Shown piece by piece: positions 19,641 to 30,609 of a stretch of 64,000 nt of DNA. The stretch lies in the NCBI GenBank assembly GCA_041659505.1, contig JBAZYF010000001.1:101475-165474 (forward strand), read 5' to 3'. Numbering within the stretch: position 1 is the first letter of the stretch; every line of letters starts with the position of its first letter. Source of the stretch: Parcubacteria group bacterium. Its GTDB lineage: Bacteria > Patescibacteriota > Minisyncoccia > Moranbacterales > UBA2206. The notes beneath the pieces were generated by a model, which was given only the letters and a program-made list of their open reading frames with translations, was not told the origin of the DNA and did not search any database. A program made the position numbers and the translations under genes.

Positions 19641-22448
19641 CTAAAGGTATTTCCCCGTCCAACTTTTTTTGCATTTTTTCAGTTCCGCTGGTGAGCCTTC
19701 AAACACAATTTCTCCTCCGCCCGATCCGCCTTCCGGACCCAGATCGATCACCCAATCAGAATTGCGGATCACATCCACATTATGTTCAACGACTAAAACT
19801 GTATTACCTTTGTCGACCAGTGCGTCCAAAACACCCAGGAGTTTGCGGATATCTTCAAAGTGCAGTCCAATCGTTGGTTCATCTAAGATGTACAAAGTTT
19901 TTCCCGTTGCTCGACGTGCCAGCTCCGTGGCCAATTTGATCCGCTGCGCCTCACCACCAGAAAGATCAACGGCGCTTTGTCCTAATTTTAAATAACCCAA
20001 GCCGACTTTTTCCAGCGTGGATAATTTATCTGTCACTAGTTTGGAGTTTTTGAAAAACGCCAGAGCATAGCTCACGCTCATATCAAGTACTTGCGCAATA
20101 TTCACTCCGCGGTATTCAATCTCAAGAGTCCGCTGATTATACTTCGCGCCATTACACGTTTCACACGGCACATAGACATCCGGCAAGAGGTGCATCTCGA
20201 TTTTTTTCTTGCCCTCACCTTGGCAATCCTCACAACGTCCGCCCTTCATATTGAAACTGAAACGGCTAGCATCATACCCACGCGTCTGTGCCTCCTCTGT
20301 TTCGGCAAACAGCTCACGGATGAGCGAAAAAACTCCGGTGTAAGTTGCGGCGTTCGAGCGCGGGGTGCGACCGATCGGTGCTTGATTGATACTGATCACC
20401 TTGTCGATGTTTTCCATTCCGCTAATTTTTTTGTGCTGTCCAGGAGCTTCTTTGGTATTGAAAAAATGTTTAGCCAAAGCTTTGGACAAAATGTCTGAAA
20501 CTAAAGTTGATTTGCCCGAACCGGAAACGCCGGTAAGCGAAATAAATTTTCCCAAAGGTAAGCTCACATCAATATCTTTCAAATTATGCTCTGTCGCTCC
20601 CTGAATCTTGATAAATTTGCCCGAACCCTTGCGCGCTTTTTTCTTATCCCCGACCTGTCTTTTTCCGTTCAGGTACTGCGCGGTCACGGTTTTAGATTTG
20701 AGCAGCGTCGCGAGGTCACCAGAAAAAATCACCTCGCCACCTTCTTCGCCAGCCCCTGGCCCCATATCAATAATCCAATCTGCTGCCCGAATGATCTGTT
20801 CGTCGTGCTCCACGGTAATCAAAGAATTACCCGCTTCACGCAATTCTTCCATCGTCGCAATTAATTTTTCCGTATCACGATTATGCAATCCGATCGATGG
20901 TTCGTCTAAGACATAGGTGATGCCGGAGAGTTCTGAGCCAATCTGCGTCGCCAAGCGAATCCGCTGTCCTTCTCCGCCAGAAATCGAATTAGCCGAGCGC
21001 GAAAGTGAGAGATAACCCAATCCCACATTTTGGAGTGCGGCACTGCGCGCTTTCATTTCCTTGACCAATGGTAAAATAATATTTTTCTTCGCTGAGCTGA
21101 TGTTGATTTTTTCCAGCGCTTCCAAGAATTGCGAAAAATCAACCAGTGGCATATCCACAACCTGATCAATTGATTTGTCCGCCACGAGCACTGAAAGATA
21201 CTCCCCGCGCAGACGCTTGCCCAAACAAAGCGGGCAAACTTTCTCAATCATATATTTTTCAATCTCGCTTCTCAGATAGTTGGAATTCAGTTCTTCATAT
21301 TTCTTTTTCATCGTCGGGATGACGCCTTCGAAAATGATCTTCGGGTCATTGGATCCATAGAGCACGATATTCAAATGTTCCCGACTGATTTTTTTCACCG
21401 GAATATCGACAGAAAATCCATATTTCTCTCCCAGCATTTGCAAAATGTTATTCCCGCTCGTCAGCACGCTTGAGCGTCCGCCGGATTTGTTCCACGACAA
21501 AATCGCACCTTCAGCCAGTGTGAGATTTTTATTAGGAATGAGCAAATCTTCATCGATTTCCTTAATCACACCCAATCCTGAACAATGTTGGCAGGCGCCC
21601 TCGGGACTATTGAAAGAAAAATGTTTCGGTGTAATGTCCGCCACTTCAAAAAAACATTTCTTGCAGACAAAATCACGGTTATAAATTTTTTCTGTCTCAT
21701 TATCTTTAACAACCACGGCAGCACCTTTGCCCAATTTAAAAGCCGTTTCAATCGAATCTAAGATCCGTTCTCGATCAGGATTTTTCTTATTAAGCACGAT
21801 GCGATCAATTACAATTTCTGCGCTACACGTTTCGTCTGCTTCCAATTCGTTCTGCGACAGTGCCTCGGTCAGCGACACGATTTTTCCTCGAAATCGAATC
21901 CGCGCATAACCCAATTGACTGACACTTTTGAGCCGCTCTTTCAAGCTCTGATCTTTACCATTCAGCTTAGCGAGAATTGCAATATTAGTCTTTTCCGGCG
22001 AATCAAGAATGTCCTCCAATACTTCGGCATTAGAAATTTTTTCCAACGGCGTCTTGCAGTGCGGACAATGCGGCGCTCCGGCCTTAGCATAAAGCACACG
22101 CAGATAATCATAGATCTCTGTGAGCGTCCCCACCGTCGAACGCGGACTGCGCGCGATACTTTTTTGATCGATCGAGATAGTTGGCGTCAGATTTTCAATC
22201 TTGTCCACATCCGGTTTAGCCGACACATCCAGAAACTGTGTCGCATAACTCGACATGCCCTCGAGATAGCGCCGATTGCCTTCCGCATAAATCGCATCAA
22301 ACGCCAAAGAAGATTTTCCACTGCCAGAGAGTCCGGTAATGACCACCAGCTTATCCCGCGGAATTTCCACATCAATATTTTTCAAATTATTCACCCGCGC
22401 TCCGCGGACAATGATTTTGCTCCGATCTTTGGGTTTGTTTTTTGACAT
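19641..22448 (-). CDS. uvrA: Excinuclease ABC subunit A, paralogue 2
   Basis: Two ABC cassettes ([26 protein letters not shown]) and CxxC zinc fingers. Confidence 0.95.
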   Translation of the reverse strand: MSKNKPKDRSKIIVRGARVNNLKNIDVEIPRDKLVVITGLSGSGKSSLAFDAIYAEGNRRYLEGMSSYATQFLDVSAKPDVDKIENLTPTISIDQKSIARSPRSTVGTLTEIYDYLRVLYAKAGAPHCPHCKTPLEKISNAEVLEDILDSPEKTNIAILAKLNGKDQSLKERLKSVSQLGYARIRFRGKIVSLTEALSQNELEADETCSAEIVIDRIVLNKKNPDRERILDSIETAFKLGKGAAVVVKDNETEKIYNRDFVCKKCFFEVADITPKHFSFNSPEGACQHCSGLGVIKEIDEDLLIPNKNLTLAEGAILSWNKSGGRSSVLTSGNNILQMLGEKYGFSVDIPVKKISREHLNIVLYGSNDPKIIFEGVIPTMKKKYEELNSNYLRSEIEKYMIEKVCPLCLGKRLRGEYLSVLVADKSIDQVVDMPLVDFSQFLEALEKINISSAKKNIILPLVKEMKARSAALQNVGLGYLSLSRSANSISGGEGQRIRLATQIGSELSGITYVLDEPSIGLHNRDTEKLIATMEELREAGNSLITVEHDEQIIRAADWIIDMGPGAGEEGGEVIFSGDLATLLKSKTVTAQYLNGKRQVGDKKKARKGSGKFIKIQGATEHNLKDIDVSLPLGKFISLTGVSGSGKSTLVSDILSKALAKHFFNTKEAPGQHKKISGMENIDKVISINQAPIGRTPRSNAATYTGVFSLIRELFAETEEAQTRGYDASRFSFNMKGGRCEDCQGEGKKKIEMHLLPDVYVPCETCNGAKYNQRTLEIEYRGVNIAQVLDMSVSYALAFFKNSKLVTDKLSTLEKVGLGYLKLGQSAVDLSGGEAQRIKLATELARRATGKTLYILDEPTIGLHFEDIRKLLGVLDALVDKGNTVLVVEHNVDVIRNSDWVIDLGPEGGSGGGEIVFEGSPAELKKCKKSWTGKYL

Positions 22449-22541
22449 AAAGAAAAAAGAGGTTACATTTTTTAAAAAGACGCTAAAAGCATTACTAGGA
22501 ACAAATTTTACACTAGTTTTTAGGTTTTGGCAAGCTGCTGA

Positions 22542-23219
22542 CTATTCCAACGTCAAAACCTTACTATTCTCACGAAGCCATTTTCTGGCTGTTTTATATT
22601 CCGGCATCACGGTGGCGACTTTGTTCCAAAATTTTTGCGAATGGTTTTTTTCCGGAATGTGCATTAGCTCGTGGATGATGACATAATCTACCACCGCCTC
22701 CGGCGCCATAATGAGCCTCCAATTGAAGTTCAAACTATTTTTTGGTCCGCAAGAGCCCCAGTTGGTTTTGGCGTTGGAAATTTTAAGCGAACAGTATTTG
22801 AGGTTTAACTCTCCCGCGATCATTTTTGTCCGCTCGGAAATGGCTTCCTGCGCTTGTTTTTTGTACCAATCATGCATTCGTGCTTTTGCCCGCCACAAAA
22901 AAACTCTAGGAAAAAGTAATTTATGATCTTCGGTGACTTTAATCGTTGTCCCTTCCACTATTTCTAATTTATATCTTTTTCCCAGATAGAGAAATTCTTC
23001 GCCCGCCTCAAAAGTTTTTTTGGTCGCCTTGGGGCGCCGTTCAAATTCGCGCATCTTCCTTTCAATCCAAGCAAATTTTTCCTCGACCATTTTTTCGATG
23101 TAGCTGAGCGGCGTGCGCATCGGCGCACGCACGACCAACATCGCATCATGTGTAACCATAAGGGCAATATTTTTTCGCTTAGAGCGGATGATTTTTGAGA
23201 TTTTGATTTTATTTTCCAT
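22542..23219 (-). CDS. YgjP/DUF45 (SprT-like) zinc metalloprotein
   Basis: [20 protein letters not shown]...NHS..FW. Start set at ATG 23219 because the upstream extension is repeat DNA. Confidence 0.88.
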   Translation of the reverse strand: MENKIKISKIIRSKRKNIALMVTHDAMLVVRAPMRTPLSYIEKMVEEKFAWIERKMREFERRPKATKKTFEAGEEFLYLGKRYKLEIVEGTTIKVTEDHKLLFPRVFLWRAKARMHDWYKKQAQEAISERTKMIAGELNLKYCSLKISNAKTNWGSCGPKNSLNFNWRLIMAPEAVVDYVIIHELMHIPEKNHSQKFWNKVATVMPEYKTARKWLRENSKVLTLE

Positions 23220-23239
23220 ATCGCTAGCTTTATTTATAT

Positions 23240-23290
23240 CCCCTTCTCCATTAGGGAGAAGGTGGCCAAAGGCCGGATGAGGGAGGAGCC
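23240..23290. repeat. BoxC-like bipartite palindrome
   Basis: cccttctcc-attag-ggagaagg tggcc-aaa-ggccggatgaggg. Confidence 0.8.
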
Positions 23291-23641
23291 TCACGAAAAC
23301 TCATCAAGCTTCAGAAACACTCCAGTTAAATTAGAATTAATTTCTCCATTCCAAACTCTTAATACTCGATAGCCTTGTCTTTCAAGATACTTAGTACGCT
23401 CTAAGTCGTACTCCTCTTGTTCGCTATGCTGCCAGCCATCTAGTTCTATTATTAACTTCTTTTCTTCGCAGATAAAATCCACAATATATTTCCCGATTTG
23501 ATATTGTCTTCTAAACTTTAGGTTCTTGAACTGTCTGTTTTTAATTCTAGACCAGAGAATTATTTCTTGTGGCGTTGATTCTTTTCTTAGCTTTCTGCTT
23601 CGTTGTAAAGTTTTGGCTGTTAATTTTACTCTGAGTTTCAT
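23291..23641 (-). CDS. DUF559 (Vsr-like) endonuclease-domain protein
   Basis: RKLRKESTPQE..LW, KFRRQY.IG.YIVDF.C, IELDGWQH, GYRVLR.WN. Start at ATG 23641. Confidence 0.92.
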   Translation of the reverse strand: MKLRVKLTAKTLQRSRKLRKESTPQEIILWSRIKNRQFKNLKFRRQYQIGKYIVDFICEEKKLIIELDGWQHSEQEEYDLERTKYLERQGYRVLRVWNGEINSNLTGVFLKLDEFS

Positions 23642-23657
23642 TGGGTTTTGTTCAATG

Positions 23658-23882
23658 CCCCTTCTCCTCTCGGGAGAAGGTGCCCGGAGGGCGGATGAGG
23701 GCAAGGGCGTTTGATTAAGAAAAAATTAGCTTTGTTTAGATTATTCTTAGCTTATCACCCTTGCCCTCACCTGTCATGAGTACATGACATCCTCTCCCGA
23801 GGGGAGAAGAGGAATTGAAGAGACTATTTTATAGCCTCACCTGTCACGTGCTCGTGACATCCTCTCCCTAAGGGAGAGGAGG
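23658..23882. repeat. Three BoxC-like palindromes (23658-23708, 23758-23812, 23834-23882)
   Basis: CCTCTCCC..GGGAGA stem plus a second hairpin and a CCCTCA tail, in both orientations. Confidence 0.8.
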
Positions 23883-23891
23883 AAATTTTTA

Positions 23892-25262
23892 TTATTCCAT
23901 AAAACTCTTCCCTCGTAATTTTTTATGATACGTAATTGCAAAACGATGGGCTTCGTCGCGGACGCGTTCGATGATTTCGTCGGATATTTCCGGCACACTA
24001 CCGAAAGAATAGCGGTCGAGTTTTTTACGGGTCGGACCTTTGGCGACAGCCAAAAGCGGGATCTCCAGATGAAAATTTTTGAGCACACGCCGCACCGCTG
24101 TGAGATGACCTTGCCCGCCGTCTAAAATTATAAGATCTGGCATCGGCCAATTATTGCCAAATCTGCGCCCCAAAACTTCCGCCATCGAAGCCGTATCATT
24201 TGCGCCTTCGATGGTTTTTATTTTAAATTTGCGATACTGACTCTTGTTTGGGCCTATTTCCCCATTCGCATTATCAAACACCACCATAGACCCGACGCTC
24301 GATTTTCCGGAAATATTAGAAATGTCATAACCCTCAATGCGAAATGATTTTGCGTCGCCCTTGTAGAGACGAGGCACTGCCTCGTCTTGGCATTGTTGGT
24401 TTGCGCATTGACGTTCATTGCTCTCAAGACGTGGCAATGCCACGTCTCTACCTTCTGATATCAACGCAATATCCCGAATATGCTGCAACGCAAAAATCGC
24501 ATTGCGCATTTTCCCCGCTTTTTCAAATTCCTGTTTCTCGCTTAATTCTGACATTTCTTTTTTCATTTTCGCAAGCAATGTTTTTTTCTTGCCTTCCAAA
24601 ATCATCCGTATGCCACGGATATTTTTCATATAATCCTCTTTAGAAATCGCCCCAGCATATGGCCCCGGACAAAGCCCGATCTGAAAATCCAAGCAACCAC
24701 TTTCCGTTTTTTGCGCCTTGGAATGATAGGGAAAAATTTTCCTAAGTATTTTCAGCGCAATTTCAATATTTTTTTTGGAAATATATGGACCATAGATTTT
24801 ACTAAATTTGGATTTTATATCGACATCTTGATCCATTTCTCTTTTTCGCAAAAACAATATCCGCGGAAAATCTTCTTTTGTAATGGCAACATAAGAAAAT
24901 GACTTATCATCTTTTCCATCCACATTAAACTTCGGCTGCCACTTTTTGATCAGTCCCTGCTCTAAAATATATGCCTCCAAAACCGTCTCGGTTTTTCGAA
25001 CTTCAATATCCGCCACTTGAGAAATAAACATTTCAATCGGTCGCGATCCCATTCGTAAATTCGTAGGGGTTTGATTCATCAAACCCTCGGCTATTCCGGG
25101 TTCAATAAATTGAACCCCTACAAAATACGAACCAACCCGGTCTTTAAGTGATGTCGCTTTGCCCACATACAAAATTTTCCCAGAATCATTTCTAAAAATA
25201 TAGACACCGGGAGAGGTGGGCAGACTTTTCAGTTTTTTGGCGATTTTGGTTGACATTTGCAT
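23892..25262 (-). CDS. uvrC: Excinuclease ABC subunit C (short form, no C-terminal HhH)
   Basis: PGVY..YVGKA GIY-YIG domain, UVR coil, RIEGYDIS, DLIILDGG, RDEAHRFAITYH. Confidence 0.93.
   Translation of the reverse strand: MQMSTKIAKKLKSLPTSPGVYIFRNDSGKILYVGKATSLKDRVGSYFVGVQFIEPGIAEGLMNQTPTNLRMGSRPIEMFISQVADIEVRKTETVLEAYILEQGLIKKWQPKFNVDGKDDKSFSYVAITKEDFPRILFLRKREMDQDVDIKSKFSKIYGPYISKKNIEIALKILRKIFPYHSKAQKTESGCLDFQIGLCPGPYAGAISKEDYMKNIRGIRMILEGKKKTLLAKMKKEMSELSEKQEFEKAGKMRNAIFALQHIRDIALISEGRDVALPRLESNERQCANQQCQDEAVPRLYKGDAKSFRIEGYDISNISGKSSVGSMVVFDNANGEIGPNKSQYRKFKIKTIEGANDTASMAEVLGRRFGNNWPMPDLIILDGGQGHLTAVRRVLKNFHLEIPLLAVAKGPTRKKLDRYSFGSVPEISDEIIERVRDEAHRFAITYHKKLRGKSFME
24363..24451. repeat. 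GTAGAGAC-type REP doublet, in frame inside uvrC
   Basis: gtagagacgaggcactgcctcgtct ... agacgtggcaatgccacgtctctac; same family as 41169-41236. Confidence 0.85.
25063..25121. repeat. GTAGGGG-type REP doublet, in frame inside uvrC
   Basis: gtaggggtttgattcatcaaaccc ... gggttcaataaattgaacccctac. Confidence 0.8.
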
Positions 25263-25322
25263 AGATATAAGCTACATTACAACATCTTCTTTGACAATAC
25301 AATTAACCAAATTGGAGGATAT

Positions 25323-25505
25323 ATGGCAGAAAAGGAACTGTTGTATAAATATCTTATAGTTATTTGCCGCGAAGGAATAACCGAAGTTATTCCCTTCGAA
25401 AACGAAATTACTCCCGAAAGTGTCGATGCATATTTCGAACGCGTTTCTGAACAATGGTCAGATGCATATTTTTGCAAAGTCCTTAAGGGGCCAATTAAAA
25501 TATAA
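25323..25505 (+). CDS. Small hypothetical protein (60 aa)
   Basis: SD GGAGG before ATG 25323; TTGACA-17-TACATT promoter upstream. Confidence 0.65.
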   Translation: MAEKELLYKYLIVICREGITEVIPFENEITPESVDAYFERVSEQWSDAYFCKVLKGPIKI

Positions 25506-25521
25506 AAATAGGAGGTACAAA

Positions 25522-25989
25522 ATGGTAGACTGGAAGAAAGCCAAACATTTCTTTTTTAAGGCGATGATCAACGGATGGGCCGGTAACGCAGAAAAAATTA
25601 CGCTACCGCAAATGCCCGGATACAAAGTGATTTCATTCAGTGAGGAAGATTTATATCTCACTGATTGCTATTGCGTAACACCGGATTCCACAAGTTCGGT
25701 AGGAACCACTACGATATATTACGAGGATAATCCTATTTGGATTATGCAATACGGCGGTTACTACAGAAAAGAAGCTATTGGATTTCTTAAGGAAGTATTG
25801 CTTTCTTCCTATGAAAACCGTGACTTCATTGGCGGACGTGGCCCATATCAACAAAAAAATCATGACCTGATTTATACAAACAACCCATCAACAAATCGAT
25901 TTCATGATTTTAAAGGAGAAGAGAACATACACAACCAGACATATAACATCAAAATGGGATATCACCATTATTGGGGCATGAGTTTTTAA
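25522..25989 (+). CDS. DUF5680-like hypothetical protein
   Basis: SD AGGAGG; PIWIMQYGG, FLKEVL, GGRGP, F.GEE.I pattern. Confidence 0.7.
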   Translation: MVDWKKAKHFFFKAMINGWAGNAEKITLPQMPGYKVISFSEEDLYLTDCYCVTPDSTSSVGTTTIYYEDNPIWIMQYGGYYRKEAIGFLKEVLLSSYENRDFIGGRGPYQQKNHDLIYTNNPSTNRFHDFKGEENIHNQTYNIKMGYHHYWGMSF

Positions 25990-26128
25990 TCTGAAATTTT
26001 CCCACCTCTCCCATAATCGCTCAACAGCACCAACCCGGACAATCGTCACAACCGACTTTTGCCCGGTTTTTTATTTCCAAAAAATCAGTGAAATCACTTT
26101 AATCAGTGAAAATCAGTGGTTCTGATGT

Positions 26129-29100
26129 TTAGTGGTTCAGGCATTCTTTCAGATATTTCCCCGTCCAACTCTCTTTATCCCACTTCGCCACTTCTTCCGG
26201 TGTGCCGGAAACAATCACTTTGCCGCCTTCTTTCCCGCCTTCCGGACCCAGATCAATGATCCAATCGGCGGTTTTTATCACATCTAAATTGTGCTCGATT
26301 ACAATCACGGTGTTGCCCGCATCCACCAGACGATTAAGAATGCCCAACAATTTTTTGATATCATCGAAATGCAAGCCAGTCGTCGGTTCGTCGAGAATGT
26401 AAAGCGTGTCGCCTGTTGCACGACGAGAAAGTTCCGTGGAAAGTTTGATCCGTTGGGCTTCTCCGCCGGAGAGCGTCGTGGCTGATTGGCCGAGTTGAAT
26501 GTAGCCCAAGCCGACATCTTCCAAAACTTTGAGCTTGTCGGCGATATCATGAAAATTAGCAAAAAATTCGCGCGCTTCGGAGATAGTCAAGGCCAGCACA
26601 TCCGCAATATTTTTGTCACGGTATTTCACTTTCAGCGTTTCACTATTGTAGCGTTTTCCACCGCAAACATCGCAAGGCAGATAAACATCCGGCATAAATT
26701 GCATTTCGATCTTATTATATCCATCCCCCTGGCAATTATCACAGCGTCCGCCTTTGACATTGAAAGAAAAGCGTCCCGGCGAATAGCCTTTCGCTTTGGC
26801 GTCGCGCGTTTCGGCAAACAGTTCGCGAATGGCCGTGAATAGTCCCGTGTAGGTCGCGGGATTGGACCGTGGCGTGCGACCGATCGGCGATTGATCAATC
26901 ATAATTACTTTGTTGAGATAATGATCGCCGACAATTTCACTGTGCTTGCCTGGCCGTTCCAGAGAACGCATAATTTTGGCTGAAAGCGCTTTGTAGAGAA
27001 TATCTTCCACCAGCGTTGATTTTCCCGAACCGGACACTCCGGTCACGCAGGTCAAAACTTTGAGCGGAAACGACACAGTAATATTTTGCAAATTATGTTC
27101 GCGCGCTCCCCGCACCACGAGCGTTTTTTTGCTTTTGAGCGATCGACGATATGCCGGGGCTTCAATCGAAAGATCTCCCCGTAAATATTTGGCCGTCAGT
27201 GATTCTTCACTTTTCATCACTTCTAGAGGCGTTCCTTCGGCGACAATTTCTCCGCCGTGTTTTCCCGCGCCTGGCCCGATGTCCACGAGGTAGTCCGCGG
27301 CGCGCATCGTTTCTTCATCGTGCTCCACCACAATCAAGGTATTACCCACATCGCGCAGTTGCAAAAGCGTCGCAAGCAGTTTGGCGTTGTCCCGCGCATG
27401 CAGACCAATTGATGGCTCATCAAGGATATACAGCACGCCAACGAGCTGGGAGCCGATCTGTGAGGCTAGGCGGATGCGTTGTGATTCTCCACCGGCTAAA
27501 GTGTTAGCGGCGCGACCGAGCGAAAGATAGCCAAGGCCGACGTCTTGCAAAAATCCCAAGCGATTTTGAATTTCTTTCAAGATCCGGCTAGCGATCAACT
27601 CTTCACGTTTGGTGAAATTTATTTTTTGAAAAAAATCCAACGTTTCCCGCACACTGATGGTGGAAACTTCATGGATGTTTTTCCCGCCTGCAACGCTATG
27701 CTCTTCAGAACTAGTACTTTCCTTTATTTTTTTACTATAACCGTCAGAATTCTCCGTTCCACTTAACAGCGTAGCATTGCGGGCAGGATCGCCCACAGTC
27801 ACAAGTAAAGCTTCTTTTTTATAGCGCGAACCGAGACAAGTCGAACAGGGATTTTGGGACATATATTTCTCAATGTCTGTGCGCACGCCTTCCGAATCAG
27901 TCTTGAGATAGCGATCCTGCAAATAGCCCACCACTCCCCGCCAGTGCATATTATATTTCCAACTTGATCCGGTCTTGCTTCTCAAGGTCACAGGAATTTC
28001 ATCCCCGCCCGCATCGCTACGCGAAGCGTTGCGGGCGGGAGCGCCTTCCTCTAACGTTATATCCGTTATATCTGAAGTGCCATAGAGCAGGGTATTAAAA
28101 TCATCATCGGAAAGGTCGCGCAAACGCACATTATCCCGAATGTCATAAAAATTCGTCACTGCGCGCAAAATTGTTCCCTGCCAATTGTTTTTCTTATAAC
28201 TCCACGGCATAATTCCGCCTTCCGCGATCGTTTTGTTCATATCCGGCACAACCAGATCAGGATCAATCTCTTTTTTCACGCCCAACCCTTCACAGGATGG
28301 ACAAGCACCAAACGGACTATTGAAAGAAAACAGGCGCGGTTCCAATTCCGGAAAATCCACCTCATGCACCGGACAAGAAAAATTCTGATTGAAAATCATT
28401 TCGCCATCAAAACTAGGACCAGAGCTAAGCTCTCGGCTCCGAGAGCTTAGCTCTGGTTTCTCTAGTTTTTCGGATTTAAGTCCTCTTATGGTTTTTTTTG
28501 CTGTTTTATTTTTCCCATCTCCTGTCATCAATTTTATTTTCACAATTCCCTTAGACAATTTCAAGGCTTGTTCCACACCTTCAAAGATCCGCGAAATATT
28601 CTCGGAATTTATTTCTACCTTATCAACTAAGATATCAATATTGTGTTTTTTATAACGTTCTAATTTCACCCGTGTGCCGATCTTTTCATCCAGCGCATAT
28701 TTTTTTCCGTTGACAAAGGCGGTGGAGAAACCGCGCCGAAACATCTCCTCGAGAAGTGTCGAGTATTCCCCTTTGCGTTCCCGCACGATAGGAGAAAAAA
28801 TTTCAATCGCACAATCATCTTTTTTTGATTTTTTATCCTTACCTGTCGTGCAAATATTCAAAATCCGATCCACAATTTCATCTGTGGACAGTTTCACGAT
28901 TTCTCGGTTGCAAATCGGACAATGCGCCACACCGATTTTGGCATAAAGCAGACGCAGATAGTCGTGAATTTCCGTCACCGTTCCCACGGTTGAACGTGGA
29001 TTGTGTGAAGCGGCTTTTTGGTCAATCGAAATCGCGGGACTAAGCCCCTCGATTGAATCGACTTCCGGCTTTCCCATCTGACCCAAAAACTGGCGGGCAT

Positions 29101-29281
29101 AGCTCGACAGACTTTCCAGATATCGCCGTTGTCCCTCGGCAAAAATGGTATCAAAAGCCAGCGTACTCTTGCCTGAGCCGGAAATTCCGGTGAAAACAAT
29201 AAATTTATTCCGCGGTAGATCGAGATTGATATTCTTGAGATTGTGCTCTCTCGCTCCGCGAATGATTAATTCGTCTTGCAT
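26129..29281 (-). CDS. uvrA: Excinuclease ABC subunit A with in-frame palindrome inserts
   Basis: GAREHNLKN, AEGQRRYLESLS, two ABC cassettes; 1050 aa because of insertions. Confidence 0.97.
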   Translation of the reverse strand: MQDELIIRGAREHNLKNINLDLPRNKFIVFTGISGSGKSTLAFDTIFAEGQRRYLESLSSYARQFLGQMGKPEVDSIEGLSPAISIDQKAASHNPRSTVGTVTEIHDYLRLLYAKIGVAHCPICNREIVKLSTDEIVDRILNICTTGKDKKSKKDDCAIEIFSPIVRERKGEYSTLLEEMFRRGFSTAFVNGKKYALDEKIGTRVKLERYKKHNIDILVDKVEINSENISRIFEGVEQALKLSKGIVKIKLMTGDGKNKTAKKTIRGLKSEKLEKPELSSRSRELSSGPSFDGEMIFNQNFSCPVHEVDFPELEPRLFSFNSPFGACPSCEGLGVKKEIDPDLVVPDMNKTIAEGGIMPWSYKKNNWQGTILRAVTNFYDIRDNVRLRDLSDDDFNTLLYGTSDITDITLEEGAPARNASRSDAGGDEIPVTLRSKTGSSWKYNMHWRGVVGYLQDRYLKTDSEGVRTDIEKYMSQNPCSTCLGSRYKKEALLVTVGDPARNATLLSGTENSDGYSKKIKESTSSEEHSVAGGKNIHEVSTISVRETLDFFQKINFTKREELIASRILKEIQNRLGFLQDVGLGYLSLGRAANTLAGGESQRIRLASQIGSQLVGVLYILDEPSIGLHARDNAKLLATLLQLRDVGNTLIVVEHDEETMRAADYLVDIGPGAGKHGGEIVAEGTPLEVMKSEESLTAKYLRGDLSIEAPAYRRSLKSKKTLVVRGAREHNLQNITVSFPLKVLTCVTGVSGSGKSTLVEDILYKALSAKIMRSLERPGKHSEIVGDHYLNKVIMIDQSPIGRTPRSNPATYTGLFTAIRELFAETRDAKAKGYSPGRFSFNVKGGRCDNCQGDGYNKIEMQFMPDVYLPCDVCGGKRYNSETLKVKYRDKNIADVLALTISEAREFFANFHDIADKLKVLEDVGLGYIQLGQSATTLSGGEAQRIKLSTELSRRATGDTLYILDEPTTGLHFDDIKKLLGILNRLVDAGNTVIVIEHNLDVIKTADWIIDLGPEGGKEGGKVIVSGTPEEVAKWDKESWTGKYLKECLNH
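27683..27787. repeat. 105-bp element with inverted termini, in frame in uvrA
   Basis: cccgcctgcaacgctatgct ... agcgtagcattgcgggcagg, encoding PARNAT...HSVAGG. Confidence 0.8.
28004..28039. repeat. 36-bp palindrome in frame in uvrA
   Basis: cccgcccgcatcgctacgcgaagcgttgcgggcggg, encoding PARNASRSDAGG. Confidence 0.85.
28411..28467. repeat. Palindrome with a perfect 19-bp stem, in frame in uvrA
   Basis: accagagctaagctctcgg-ct-ccgagagcttagctctggt. Confidence 0.85.
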
Positions 29282-29410
29282 AATATATAAAAAGTGTGAT
29301 GTGTTTAAATTTAGTATACTCTAGTTTACAGCTCTTTGAGTTTTCCTGCAAGCGAACTGTCCCTAAAATATTACGAGCCGGTACAAATGAGTTTGCACCG
29401 GCTCGCTTCC

Positions 29411-30157
29411 CTATTTAGGGATGTTGAAAGCTGTTTTTTTGAAAACCAGTCCGAAGAGCTGGCCACCACGCAAGGCTCGCTTGCTTATTTTTGCCTGATC
29501 AACAGAAAGAATCTCACTGAGATATCCCTCCCCATCGTCCCGTGGCAATACCACGCTTAGAATCTGAATAATCCAGAAATTTCCATCGGCATCTTGCAAT
29601 AAAGAGTTGTTAATATCGCAGACCCGACTTAAAGATATCGTGGTTAAATCAGCGACATAACAATAGTTGTAGATCGCCGAGGAATCCTGTGGCAAAAGGT
29701 CTTGATCCAAAATCCCTAGCTGAAGAAATTCCGATTTTTTGACTTGCCCGAATGCAAATAAATAACAGGCCGGACTAGTGATCACACCTCTCAGCGAGAA
29801 ACTGACCGGTTTGTCCTTATAAAGGGCATATATCCCTCTCGGCAGGACATTAGAATCGTGCAGTGCCCAGGCATAAGACCCATTGGCATATTTGAAATGG
29901 CATAATGTTCCTAGTCCTTCATTAAATACTAGCTCCATTTCAGAAGGGACGGTAAAAAATGACCATCCGCTAGACTGATAAAACGGGGACTCCAAAAAGA
30001 CCTGGTTCAGAATTGACATCGTTTCAACCACTATCCTTTTCTGATGGATTATTTCCTTTCCATTAAAAAAGTACAGAGCTCTCTGCTCACTTGCAAATGC
30101 TAACAAAGAACTTGATAACAAAACAATCATTACCATTAAACACAACCCTCTTTTCAT
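29411..30157 (-). CDS. Secreted hypothetical protein
   Basis: Signal peptide, SD AAGGAGGT and a downstream hairpin. Confidence 0.7.
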   Translation of the reverse strand: MKRGLCLMVMIVLLSSSLLAFASEQRALYFFNGKEIIHQKRIVVETMSILNQVFLESPFYQSSGWSFFTVPSEMELVFNEGLGTLCHFKYANGSYAWALHDSNVLPRGIYALYKDKPVSFSLRGVITSPACYLFAFGQVKKSEFLQLGILDQDLLPQDSSAIYNYCYVADLTTISLSRVCDINNSLLQDADGNFWIIQILSVVLPRDDGEGYLSEILSVDQAKISKRALRGGQLFGLVFKKTAFNIPK

Positions 30158-30389
30158 AAGACACCTCCTTGTGTGGTTTGTTGAAAAAATAATTGGTTAT
30201 CCTTATGTTTACACCAAAGAACAGCTTAGTCAAATAGCTCCTCAGTATAGGCTAAGATTTGAAACACTACATGGCTTGAAACTTTTTGAGTTTTCCTGCA
30301 AGCCAAAATCTTAGAAAAAAATTCAAGCCAGCTTTTAATAGAACAAAGCTGGCTTTTTTAGGCAGAGACATTGCACTGCACTTCTGGAG

Positions 30390-30575
30390 TTAATAGAAAA
30401 TGGCCATATCCCCTGGCTTGAGAGAAATGCCTTTTTCCACTCCCTTATTAAGATCGAATGAGGCAGATCCAAGTTCAACCATCTCCGAGTTTGCAATTGA
30501 GGCTGGATCATACATATACACTTTCTCGATGAACTCACCGAGAGTTCTTGAGTCTACAACTGGAAATTCTGGCAT
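30390..30575 (-). CDS. Small hypothetical protein (61 aa)
   Basis: SD AGGAGG before ATG 30575; terminator hairpin at 30325-30360. Confidence 0.6.
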   Translation of the reverse strand: MPEFPVVDSRTLGEFIEKVYMYDPASIANSEMVELGSASFDLNKGVEKGISLKPGDMAIFY

Positions 30576-30609
30576 ATGATTCCTCCTTTTAAAAAAGATT
30601 AAAAAAAAA

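Noticed and set aside
23240-23882. CRISPR array
   Set aside because: Repeats vary in sequence and orientation, spacing is irregular, and no cas genes are present.
23219-24088. N-terminal extensions of the DUF45 and DUF559 ORFs, and ORF 23837-24088
   Set aside because: They translate palindromic repeat DNA or overlap uvrC; downstream ATGs fit the families better.
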